This document shows positions 50,402 through 59,630 of a stretch of DNA of 64,000 bases, one piece after another; within the stretch, counting starts at the first letter, position 1, and the number at the start of each line of letters is the position of its first letter. This stretch comes from an uncultured Lachnospiraceae bacterium (GTDB lineage Bacteria > Bacillota > Clostridia > Lachnospirales > Anaerotignaceae). Both the position numbers and the translations under genes were made by a program. The stretch is from NCBI GenBank assembly GCA_944384295.1, contig CALWSU010000010.1, forward strand, positions 2,061 through 66,060. Reading direction: 5' to 3'. The notes beneath the pieces are model-generated. The model did not search any database. It was not told the DNA's origin and saw only the letters and a list, made by a program, of their open reading frames with translations.

Positions 50402-50668
50402 AAAATCTGTATGAGATATGGTATCAAAATCTCTTGCGTCTGCTCAGATGCAGGAGATTTTTTTCATCCATTTGCGCAATCAACGCATATTTTCCAGATG
50501 AAAATACCGTTTTTTGGAATATTATTTTTCGCAACGGTTCATACTGCATATCGTAGGCAAGGATTGTTTTTGTTGGTTTCCATTTTCCGCCAAATCTGAT
50601 ATAATACGTTTTACATAGAAAGCAATACAGAGAGAAAAAGGAACAAAGCGAAAAAACGCAGAAAGGCG

Positions 50669-51052
50669 GTGTATCTGGTGCGTATTGCAGAAGAATTATA
50701 TGTAGCAAAAAATATAGAAAATTTAGGTACCATTGTATACAGCCTGCGTCGAGATATTCCGGTTTTTCGGCTGTATTGTTTGGTGGTGCGTACAAAGCGT
50801 GCGCGTCTGGAGATTGTATCGTCTAAATATTTATTTCAAACAAAATATACAAATTATGCAAAAACAGATGGTTGTATTGTAGGTGTTGCAATGGGGTATC
50901 AGGAAGCACTGGAACTTTTGTGCTTTATTGTCCGTCAAGCGATGGCGGAAGGTCACGATTTGCGCACTCCCATCAGTTGGTTTGATATAGAATGTGATTG
51001 TGATAAAGAAGGGAAAGAAATTGCAGAATCAAGAGAAGAAACACTTTCATAA
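50669..51052 (+). CDS. Hypothetical protein
   Basis: 127-aa ORF, GTG start after AAGGCGG; first of a co-oriented run. Confidence 0.6.
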   Translation: MYLVRIAEELYVAKNIENLGTIVYSLRRDIPVFRLYCLVVRTKRARLEIVSSKYLFQTKYTNYAKTDGCIVGVAMGYQEALELLCFIVRQAMAEGHDLRTPISWFDIECDCDKEGKEIAESREETLS

Positions 51053-51743
51053 TATCGGTGCGAAAGTTTTGGCGTTTGCGGCGGCTTTGGCATTGATGCC
51101 AGCATTGCTGTTGTCTTGTGTCGCATGGCGCGTGATGGACGATTTGCCGTATTTTGAACAGGAATATACAAAATACGCGGTGCCGGAAACCGTGCATATG
51201 GATATGACAGAATTACTACGCGTCACAGAGCATATGATGGCATATTTGGGAGGCGAGACAGATTCTTTGCAAATAGAAGCCCAAATAGATGGTGTGCAAA
51301 CCCCATTTTTTAGTGAGAAAGAAATTCGCCATATGGTAGATGTACAGGAGTTGTTCGCAAAAGGTACGATACTGCGCAATGTATGTTTTGTTTTTTTTGT
51401 ATTGGTAGCGGTTGGGCTTTTGTTTAGCCATAAAACAGAAATCCTTTTGCGCCAATTGCGTTGGGGGATTGTGGTCTTTTTTGCGCTTGCGCTTGCCTTC
51501 CTTGGCTTGATACTGACGGATTTCAATCGTTATTTTACCATATTTCATCTGATATTCTTTGATAATCAAGATTGGATTTTGGACCCGTCGGTAGACCGAT
51601 TGATCAATTTAGTGCCGTTAGGCTTTTTCTTTGATACGGTGCTTTGGATTGTAGGCGTGTTTGTTGCCTGCAATGTGGTGTTGTTTGTAGGGGCAAGCCT
51701 GCTGCTGCGCCGTTTTGGAAAGAAACAAATACAGCAATCTTAG
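51021..51743 (+). CDS. TIGR01906/DUF1461 family membrane protein (Lit-like)
   Basis: FFSEKEIRHMVDV..LF, FTIFHLIFF.N..WILDP..D.LI.L.P..FF; start codon uncertain. Confidence 0.82.
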   Translation: MQNQEKKHFHNIGAKVLAFAAALALMPALLLSCVAWRVMDDLPYFEQEYTKYAVPETVHMDMTELLRVTEHMMAYLGGETDSLQIEAQIDGVQTPFFSEKEIRHMVDVQELFAKGTILRNVCFVFFVLVAVGLLFSHKTEILLRQLRWGIVVFFALALAFLGLILTDFNRYFTIFHLIFFDNQDWILDPSVDRLINLVPLGFFFDTVLWIVGVFVACNVVLFVGASLLLRRFGKKQIQQS

Positions 51744-51779
51744 TGTAATCATAGTTCAATCATAGATGGGAGTCAAACG

Positions 51780-52841
51780 ATGGGAATTTTGCTATTATTA
51801 CTCAAGTGCATTGGTATCTTGCTTTTGGCATTGCTGGTATTTTTGCTTTTGGTAGTCCTGATTGTGCTTTGTACTCCGATACGATACGCATGCTCAGCGG
51901 AAAAAACAACCACTTACCATATGCAGGCAGAAGTACGCTGGCTGTTTTCCAGATTGTGTTTGCATGGGGAAACAGGGCAGGAATGGCAAACAGAAATATT
52001 TTTGTTTGGCAAACCATTAGACGCTTGGAAAAAGAAAAAACGAAACAAACGAAGCAGCAAGAAAAAACAAGAAACAATGTTGACGGTCAGAGAAAAGACA
52101 GTCAAAAACACAGAAAAAGATACAGAAAAAAATACAGAAAGTAAGCAAACACCAAAAGAAATACAAAAGCCGACATCAGATACATCTCATCATGCAGAAG
52201 TATCAGAGCGACCACCGATGCAAAAACGAGAAGAACCACAAGTCGTACAGCAAAAGGCAGTCGAATCGGAAACAGTCAAACAAAAACAGCCAAAACAGCC
52301 AAAACAGTCTAAGCAGTCTGCACAGCCAAAACAAGGCATACGACGCGTCAAGCTGTCTGAAATAGAGGAAGAACCGCCGCAAAAGGAAGATTTATGGGAG
52401 GAGGACGCCTCTTTTTTCACTGGGGAACCACAAGAAACGCAGGAAAAGGAAGCAGAAGGTTTTTCATGGAAAAAAACGCTGTTGCAAATTGAGGATAAAA
52501 AAGGGATTTGCAAGGCAGTGATACGCTTATTGCGTCGCTTGGCAAAAGGGATTTTGCCGCATCAATTGGCATTTCGTGGGACTTTGGGTACAGGCGACCC
52601 TGTTATGACGGGGTATTTGTTGGCGGTATTTGGTATACTCAAAGGGAAATTTGGGAAAAATTTGGTTGTGCGTGGAGATTTTTCGCGTATGTGCGCGGAA
52701 GATTTATCTATTTCAGTAAAAGGAAAAATCGTATTAGGATATTTATGCTATGCTATGGCGGCATTTGTGCTGACAAAACCAGTACGCCATTTGATACAAA
52801 TTTTATGGAAAGGAAGAAAGCAAAATGGGGAAAGCATTTAA
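51780..52841 (+). CDS. DUF2953 (YtfI-like) protein
   Basis: N-terminal TM, charged low-complexity middle, C-terminal GTGDPVMTGYL motif; upstream of ytfJ-like gene. Confidence 0.78.
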   Translation: MGILLLLLKCIGILLLALLVFLLLVVLIVLCTPIRYACSAEKTTTYHMQAEVRWLFSRLCLHGETGQEWQTEIFLFGKPLDAWKKKKRNKRSSKKKQETMLTVREKTVKNTEKDTEKNTESKQTPKEIQKPTSDTSHHAEVSERPPMQKREEPQVVQQKAVESETVKQKQPKQPKQSKQSAQPKQGIRRVKLSEIEEEPPQKEDLWEEDASFFTGEPQETQEKEAEGFSWKKTLLQIEDKKGICKAVIRLLRRLAKGILPHQLAFRGTLGTGDPVMTGYLLAVFGILKGKFGKNLVVRGDFSRMCAEDLSISVKGKIVLGYLCYAMAAFVLTKPVRHLIQILWKGRKQNGESI

Positions 52842-53223
52842 TGAGTCATTAGACGTATTATTTGGAAAGGTAGATGAATTGGTTTCTACAAAGACAGTGG
52901 TAGGAGATGCCATTGAGATGGACGGGCTGACATTGCTGCCTTTGATTGAGGTAGGCGTGGGCGTTGGTCTGGGTGGAAAAGAAGATGGCGGCTCTGCTGG
53001 TGGTATGGGCGCAAGAATCACGCCTTCTGCCGTATTAGCAATACAAAATGGCAGTGTACAGCTCATCAATATCAAAAATCAAGATGCAGTCAGCAAATTG
53101 ATTGATATGGCGCCTGGTGTAGTCAATAAACTCAATTTCGGTGCAATTTTCAGTGGACGCGAGAAAAAGGAACCGACTGAAAATACAGTCAAATTTGAAG
53201 AAGAACTGGTGGTAGAAGATTGA
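52825..53223 (+). CDS. GerW/YtfJ family sporulation protein
   Basis: TKTVVGDAI...LLPLIEVGVGVGLGG...GGMGARITPSAVL motif. Confidence 0.88.
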   Translation: MGKAFNESLDVLFGKVDELVSTKTVVGDAIEMDGLTLLPLIEVGVGVGLGGKEDGGSAGGMGARITPSAVLAIQNGSVQLINIKNQDAVSKLIDMAPGVVNKLNFGAIFSGREKKEPTENTVKFEEELVVED

Positions 53224-53245
53224 CGAAGCAAAGGGGGGAACCTCT

Positions 53246-54439
53246 ATGTCTGTTTTGTTGGAATATTATGATAAAGATGTATTAAAAAATATTGTAGGCG
53301 TATTGACATTGCGCCCAGAAAAAGTGATTTTTTTGTATGACAACGGCATGCGCGACATGACAGCATTTCGTGCATTGCGTACTTGCTTTGCGCGACATTT
53401 GCCAGATTTGGTGATAGAAACCTGTGCGGTAGAAAGTACATCTATGGATAAGATTTACCGCCGCACGTTGCAAGTACTGCAAGCACATAACGACTGTACC
53501 ATAGAATTGACGGGCGGTAGTGAATTGATGGTTATTGCTGGATTTCGTGCAGGTATGGAAAGCGGCGCAAGATTGGTGCATACCGATTTGGTGGGGCATT
53601 GTGTCAAAGACTTATTGAGCGATGCTGTGATTGCAAAAACGGCTACGCTGTCTTTAGAAGATTTTGTAGACGCGAGAGGGGCTTGTTTTGTAGGGGAGTC
53701 ACATCGCCCACCTATGCCGGAACGATATGACGCCATTTGGCAGATGGCGCGCTATTTATTCCGACATCTTTCAGAATGGAAAACGACTTGCAGCTATCTG
53801 CAAACGGTAGCTGCACGATATTTGCCCCATGAAGTCTATATGGACAGCAAAGAACAGATTTATATGAAAAGTGGGAAAAAAGTTTCCCCGAATCGAGAGA
53901 TACTCAAAGAGTTTCAACGGTTAGGCTTTATCAGAAATTTGGTGATGACACAGGATAGAGTCCATTTTTCTTTCTGTTCTGTGGAAGACCGCAGTTATTG
54001 TACAGGATATGGGGTATGGCTGGAATTATATGTATACATAGCAGCCGCGCGTTCGGGCGTATTTGATGATGTCAAGTTGGGAACGATGATTGACTGGAAT
54101 GCGTATGATGGTGTGGTGGTGGCTGGCAACGAAATAGATGTGATTTTGATGGAAAAATCCCTGCCTGTCTTTATTTCCTGCAAACTGCGCAATGCAGATA
54201 CTGCCGCGCTCAATGAATTGCTGATTGCCAAAAAAAGGGTAGGCGGTTGGTTTTCCAAAGGTGTTTTGGTCACATTCAGTCGAGAAAAGGTGGAGCATAG
54301 CGGTACCTATCAACGAGCAAAAGAATTGGGGCTGGAGATGTTAGACGCCGCAGATATATTATCCGAAGATTTTGGCGCGCGTTTGGTCAAGACCATACAA
54401 GAACATGATTTGGTCAGCTTAAAGTGGAAAAAAGTCTAA
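53246..54439 (+). CDS. DUF1887 / Card1-Can2-like CARF plus PD-(D/E)xK nuclease-fold protein
   Basis: N-terminal LLEYYDKD.LKNI...RPEKVIFL and IELTGGSELM (CARF-like); C-terminal GVWLELYV...NEIDV...FISCK...ALNEL; 397 aa. Confidence 0.75.
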   Translation: MSVLLEYYDKDVLKNIVGVLTLRPEKVIFLYDNGMRDMTAFRALRTCFARHLPDLVIETCAVESTSMDKIYRRTLQVLQAHNDCTIELTGGSELMVIAGFRAGMESGARLVHTDLVGHCVKDLLSDAVIAKTATLSLEDFVDARGACFVGESHRPPMPERYDAIWQMARYLFRHLSEWKTTCSYLQTVAARYLPHEVYMDSKEQIYMKSGKKVSPNREILKEFQRLGFIRNLVMTQDRVHFSFCSVEDRSYCTGYGVWLELYVYIAAARSGVFDDVKLGTMIDWNAYDGVVVAGNEIDVILMEKSLPVFISCKLRNADTAALNELLIAKKRVGGWFSKGVLVTFSREKVEHSGTYQRAKELGLEMLDAADILSEDFGARLVKTIQEHDLVSLKWKKV

Positions 54440-54487
54440 AAAATAATGACAATAATGACAATGCAATAATGCGGAAGGACGATAGGT

Positions 54488-55087
54488 ATGGCTAAAAAAA
54501 ACACACGCAATACCAAAAGCCGTATCATAGCGGCAGCATGGAAATTGTTTTATGAGCAAGGGTATGATGATACGACAGTAGAGGAAATCGTCGAAAAATC
54601 GGGTACATCAAAAGGCTCCTTTTATCATTATTTCAATGGCAAAGATGCTTTGCTAGGTTCTTTGTCTGAGTTGTTTGACGATAAGTATACGGAATTGATG
54701 AAAACATTGCCGCAGGATATGCACTGTTTCGACCAATTGATGTATTTGAATCAAGAAATGTTTCGTATGATTGATGACAGCATTTCTTTGGATTTATTGG
54801 CGCGCCTATATTCTTCCCAGTTGATTACAAGCGGAGAACGGCATTTGATGGACCATAATCGTGTATACTATAAATTATTGCGCCAGATTACGGCAGAAGG
54901 ACAACGCAGGGGAGAATTGCGCGAAGACATATCGGTCAATGAATTTGTCAAAACGTATGCGTTGTGTGAACGTGCGCTGATTTATGACTGGTGTTTGTGT
55001 CGAGGGGAATATTCTTTGAGTCGATATGCGGCGCAGATGATGCCATGTTTTTTGGGTGGTTTTCGCGCGGAACCTTCCGATTCCTAA
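54488..55087 (+). CDS. TetR/AcrR family transcriptional regulator
   Basis: IIAAAWKLFYEQGYDDTTVEEIVEKSGTSKGSFYHYFNGKDALL HTH. Confidence 0.93.
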   Translation: MAKKNTRNTKSRIIAAAWKLFYEQGYDDTTVEEIVEKSGTSKGSFYHYFNGKDALLGSLSELFDDKYTELMKTLPQDMHCFDQLMYLNQEMFRMIDDSISLDLLARLYSSQLITSGERHLMDHNRVYYKLLRQITAEGQRRGELREDISVNEFVKTYALCERALIYDWCLCRGEYSLSRYAAQMMPCFLGGFRAEPSDS

Positions 55088-55419
55088 AGAAAAATTTTAA
55101 ATAAAAATCAAGTGAAATGGTATGGTATATTTCTATGTACTTGTAAAAATACAATATTGACTTATTAGAAGGTTTGTCTGAAGCAGATGCAGGATTGCAT
55201 CTGCTTTCGTTAGTTTCGCACAATGGCAAAAGGCTTTTTCTGGTTTGCAATGTATGCTTACGCAAATCGGATTTGGCATTGACAGATTTTCTATTTTGTG
55301 GTTTCATGTTACGTAAGTTTTGTATGAAAATAAATACAAAACAGTACAAAAGAAAAAATGCACAAGAACAAAAAACAAAAGAGAACTACAAAAAAGAGAT
55401 ACAAAGGAGGAAATGACAT

Positions 55420-56604
55420 ATGGTGCGTTATGCGAAACGAATGGAACAACTGACAAATTCTGACATTGGTGAACTGCTAAAATTGATTGCACAGCCGGAT
55501 ATCATTTCCTTTGCGGGTGGTTTGCCAGCAGCGGAATTATTCCCTGTCGAACAACTGCGTCAAGCATGTAATCATGTGATGGACGAAGTGGGGCGTGTCG
55601 CATGCCAATATTCCGCAACAGAAGGTTTGCCGGCACTGCGCGAAAAAATCGCCCAAAGAATGAAAGAAAAAAATAATATCGAAACAGATGCAGAACATAT
55701 TCTGATTACGAGTGGTTCTCAGCAGGGATTGGATTTTTCGGGACGTGTATTTCTGGATAAAGGCGATGTAGTGCTAATGGAAAGCCCTTCTTATCTAGGC
55801 GCAATCAATGCATTCAAAGCATGTGAGCCAACCTTTCTAGAAGTGCCGACAGATGATGACGGTATGGTGATGGAAGAACTCGAAAAAATACTGCAAACCA
55901 CAGAAAATGTCAAAATGATATATGTGATTCCAGATTTCCAAAATCCGACAGGACGTACATGGTCTTTGGAACGCAGACAGAAATTTATGGAAATCATCAA
56001 TCGTTATGAAATTCCGGTCATTGAAGATAACCCATATGGGGAACTGCGTTTTGAAAATGAAGATATGCCTGCACTGAAGTCTTTGGATACAAAAGGTCTG
56101 GTTGTATTTTTGGGTACATTCTCAAAAATTCTGGTGCCTGGCTACCGTTTGGGCTGGGTATGTGCTTCGGATGAAATACTATCTATGTATAATTTCATCA
56201 AGCAAGGCGCAGACTTGCAGACACCTACAGTGACACAGCTGGAAGTCAATGCTTATATAGATTTGTTTGATTTGGACGCACATGTAGACAAAATCCGTGA
56301 ACTGTATCGTCATAGACGGGATGTCATGATGCAGGCAATGGAAGAATACTTCCCCAAAGAAGCAAAATTCACACACCCTGACGGCGGTTTGTTTACATGG
56401 GTAGAACTGCCGGATTATATCAATACACGTGATATGGCATTGCAATGTCTGCAAAAGAAAGTGGCATATGTGCCCGGCGGCAGTTTCTTCCCCAATGGTG
56501 GGCAGGAAAACTGTTTCCGTATGAATTATTCTTGTATGCCAGATGAAAAGATAGTAGAAGGTGTCAAAGCGATTGCAGAAGTCATTCGCGCGAATCTGAA
56601 ATAA
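55420..56604 (+). CDS. PLP-dependent aminotransferase class I/II (LysN-like), paralog 1
   Basis: ISFAGG.P, TSGSQQGLD, PDFQNPTG, EDNPY, GTFSKIL.PG.RLGW, GG.F.W, FRMNYS. Confidence 0.92.
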   Translation: MVRYAKRMEQLTNSDIGELLKLIAQPDIISFAGGLPAAELFPVEQLRQACNHVMDEVGRVACQYSATEGLPALREKIAQRMKEKNNIETDAEHILITSGSQQGLDFSGRVFLDKGDVVLMESPSYLGAINAFKACEPTFLEVPTDDDGMVMEELEKILQTTENVKMIYVIPDFQNPTGRTWSLERRQKFMEIINRYEIPVIEDNPYGELRFENEDMPALKSLDTKGLVVFLGTFSKILVPGYRLGWVCASDEILSMYNFIKQGADLQTPTVTQLEVNAYIDLFDLDAHVDKIRELYRHRRDVMMQAMEEYFPKEAKFTHPDGGLFTWVELPDYINTRDMALQCLQKKVAYVPGGSFFPNGGQENCFRMNYSCMPDEKIVEGVKAIAEVIRANLK

Positions 56605-56742
56605 ATCATTTGTTTGACTGATTTTTGGTAGGGACTGCCCCTCCTTGTATTGCATTTTTGCATATGAGGAGGGGTTTTTCTATTTTTTTTGACGAAAATT
56701 TATCAGAATAAAATAGTATATATTGTATTTCAAAATATACAG

Positions 56743-57094
56743 TAGATTGTAGAAAAGTACATTTTTTACTTTTTTCAAGAACGCGGAAGGGTTTGGGGAA
56801 CCAATGTCAACACGTTTGCTATGCAAACGCCAGCCATAAATGGCTGTCCGCACTTCTTTGCGGTGTGTAGTTCCCCAAATTCAATCCGCAGTCGGAATTT
56901 ATTTCCGACGAGGAAAAGCCGAAGTTTCAAGGCTTTTTAGCCGATGGAATGCCGCACCCCGAAAGAGACGGGGGCAGCGAAGCTGACTTTGCGAAGCAAA
57001 GTGCTTGACCAGAGCTTTATACTTCTGTCTATTCGTCAAAGGCTTGAATGAAATGAGCCTTTGACGACAGGGTGTCGATTTTTTCGACACCCTG
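56743..57094 (+). mobile_element. MITE-like structured repeat, copy 5 (352 bp, modules A and B)
   Basis: tagattgtagaaaag...ttttttcgacaccctg; flanks gtatatattgtatttcaaaatatacag / atgtattttgtatttaaaaatatacag (27 bp, 4 mismatches). Confidence 0.88.
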
Positions 57095-57386
57095 ATGTAT
57101 TTTGTATTTAAAAATATACAGAATGGCAAAGGTAAATACGCACAAAGCGCGGATTATGCGCAAATACTGCAAAAAATGCAGGTGTACCCCATTTTTTATA
57201 AGCAAAATTTAATATCAAAATGGAAAAATTGCCCATTGACTTTGTGAATTATTTGTGTTTTAATAAAGAAAAGATGATAATTTTTAGTCATTTGTCTGAT
57301 ATGCGTGCCAAAGTGCGCACGTTGTCAGAGAACAAGCAAAACAATTGTAATTTATTGTAATCTATACATATAAGGAGGAGTTTCCC

Positions 57387-58571
57387 ATGGTACAGTATGC
57401 AAACAGAATGAGTCTTTTAAAAGGTTCCGAAATCAGAGAATTACTGGCACTGACATCTAAACCCGACATTATCTCTTTTGCCGGTGGTATGCCAGCTCCA
57501 GAACTGTTCCCTTGCGAAGGCGTAAAAGAAGCTTGTATCAAAGTAATGGACGAAGTAGGTCGCGTTGCTTTGCAGTACACCACAACAGAAGGTCTGCCTT
57601 CTCTGCGTGAAAAAATCGTTGCAAGAATGAAAGCGAAAAATGGTATCAATACAGATATTGACCATGTACTGATCACCAGCGGATCTCAGCAAGGTCTGGA
57701 CTTCTCCGCACGTGTATTCTTGAACCCTGGCGACGTAGTTCTGCTGGAAAGCCCTTCTTACTTAGGCGCTGTAAACGCATTCAAAGCATGTGAACCTACA
57801 TTTATGGAAGTTCCTACCGATGATCACGGTATGATCACAGAAGAACTGGAAAAAATTCTGGAAACTACCAAAAATGTAAAAATGATTTATGTTATCCCTG
57901 ATTTCCAGAACCCTACAGGCAAAACATGGACACTGGAAAGACGTCAGAAATTCATGGAAATCGTAAACAAATACGAAATCCCTGTAATCGAAGACAACCC
58001 TTATGGTGAACTGAGATTTGAAGGCGAAAATATGCCTTCTCTGAAATCTTTGGATACCAAAGAACTGGTTATTTTCTTGGGTACATGCTCTAAGATTTTA
58101 GCACCTGGTCTGCGTATTGGTTGGGTTTGCGCTTCCAAAGAAATTTTGGGCAAATACAACTTCATCAAACAGGGTGCTGACCTGCAATCCTCTACCATTG
58201 ACCAGTTGATTGCTGACAGATTCTTAGATATGTACGACTTAGACGAACACGTAGAAAAAATCAAAGACGTATATCGTAAGAGACGTGACTGCATGTTGAA
58301 AACAATGGAAGAAACATTCCCCAAAGAAGCAAAATTCACACATCCCGAAGGCGGTCTGTTTACTTGGGTAATTCTGCCTGATTACATGGACGCAAAAGTA
58401 TTGGCAAAACAGTGCTTGGATAAGAAAGTTGCTTATGTTCCTGGCGGTAGCTTCTTCCCGAACGGCGGTAAAGAAAACCACTTCCGTCTGAATTATTCCT
58501 GCATGCCTGAAGATAAGATTGTAGAAGGTATCACAAGAATTGCAGAAGTAATCAAAGCAAACCTGAAATAA
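57387..58571 (+). CDS. PLP-dependent aminotransferase class I/II (LysN-like), paralog 2
   Basis: Same motifs and length (394 aa) as paralog 1; GTCSKIL; RBS AAGGAGG. Confidence 0.92.
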   Translation: MVQYANRMSLLKGSEIRELLALTSKPDIISFAGGMPAPELFPCEGVKEACIKVMDEVGRVALQYTTTEGLPSLREKIVARMKAKNGINTDIDHVLITSGSQQGLDFSARVFLNPGDVVLLESPSYLGAVNAFKACEPTFMEVPTDDHGMITEELEKILETTKNVKMIYVIPDFQNPTGKTWTLERRQKFMEIVNKYEIPVIEDNPYGELRFEGENMPSLKSLDTKELVIFLGTCSKILAPGLRIGWVCASKEILGKYNFIKQGADLQSSTIDQLIADRFLDMYDLDEHVEKIKDVYRKRRDCMLKTMEETFPKEAKFTHPEGGLFTWVILPDYMDAKVLAKQCLDKKVAYVPGGSFFPNGGKENHFRLNYSCMPEDKIVEGITRIAEVIKANLK

Positions 58572-58629
58572 TTTCGTTTTGCGAAAAACAGTTTGTGTTT
58601 GTTTGACACAAACCCAATAGAAAAAATAG

Positions 58630-58669
58630 AAGCTGGAAGTTCCATAAAGTTGGAATTTCCAGCTTTTTT
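58630..58669 (+). terminator. Intrinsic terminator
   Basis: aagctggaagttcca-taaagt-tggaatttccagctt followed by T run. Confidence 0.75.
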
Positions 58670-58733
58670 CGATGCACAAAAAAACAGCATATGATAATCA
58701 AATGCTGTTTTTCGTTTTTTCCTATATTTCGTT

Positions 58734-59630
58734 TTATGCGCTTGGTTGGCTTGCCTGCATTTCATTCATATGTGAAATTTCCTGTTCATAATTGATGGCT
58801 GCATATGCTTCCGCAGGGATTTTAGCAGGCTGTGTTTGGTTGATATTTTGAATCGACATAGATACGTCGTATTGCGCAAAATCAGGCTGCATCGGCTCAC
58901 TTTGCAATTCTGCCAAAATTTGATTGGTGACTTGTTGCTGCACTTGTGTCAAATCAACAGAAAGCGAAAGCGGTGTGCCTGTGTTTTCTTCGCATGTAAA
59001 TACCACTTCCAAATCAGATAGATTGGTAAAATAAGTTTCGCCAATGCCACTCATGCCAGTAAACTGCAAGAGCTTTCCGCCCTCTACTGCTGGATAGATA
59101 TTGTCAGCCGGTAAAGTGCCATGCAATGTCACTTGATGATTTTTTTCTGTGGTCATTGTCCAATTGTTGCTATTTTGCAACAAAAGCAACATGTTTTCAC
59201 GAATATCATAAATCTGGACATTGTCTAATGCGGCATCTTGTGTCAAAGATAATTCTGTCCATTGATTTCCGTATTTCATATACATCATGGCATTGGTACC
59301 ATCATTTTGCGCATCTAAATAAATTTGACTGCCGCTGCTTTGCCCGTCAAAACTTGTATTTTCCTCAATGAATGTACGTAAAGGCTGCCGCACCATAGAA
59401 ATGGTGGCGTTGACATCGGCTTTGCTTTCATCCATTTGAGAAATGATTTGTATGTTACCTGTAAAACTTTCCGCAGTTTGCAATACTTCGATTGCTGCTG
59501 TGACATATTCTTCAGGGGTCATACGCTGTTGCGCCGCTTGTTCGATGGCTTGTCCGCTGCTGCAAGCTGTCAATGCGAGGACACTGGTCATTGCTAGACA
59601 AAGCTTGAACCATCTGGAATGTCTTTTCAT
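58734..59630 (-). CDS. Hypothetical lipoprotein (DUF6612/LppX-like beta-rich fold)
   Basis: Lipobox LTAC; beta-strand-rich body ending NINQ...KIPAEA. Confidence 0.65.
   Translation of the reverse strand: MKRHSRWFKLCLAMTSVLALTACSSGQAIEQAAQQRMTPEEYVTAAIEVLQTAESFTGNIQIISQMDESKADVNATISMVRQPLRTFIEENTSFDGQSSGSQIYLDAQNDGTNAMMYMKYGNQWTELSLTQDAALDNVQIYDIRENMLLLLQNSNNWTMTTEKNHQVTLHGTLPADNIYPAVEGGKLLQFTGMSGIGETYFTNLSDLEVVFTCEENTGTPLSLSVDLTQVQQQVTNQILAELQSEPMQPDFAQYDVSMSIQNINQTQPAKIPAEAYAAINYEQEISHMNEMQASQPSA

Noticed and set aside
55181-55210. Riboswitch or T-box upstream of aminotransferase 1
   Set aside because: Only a perfect hairpin (gcagatgca/tgcatctgc) with a short T run; no T-box or lysine/SAM consensus, so most simply a terminator.
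4250-57094. Dispersed repeats or the octamer tracts as a CRISPR array
   Set aside because: No regularly spaced 23-47 bp repeats with unique spacers; the copies are kilobases apart and the SSRs have no spacers.
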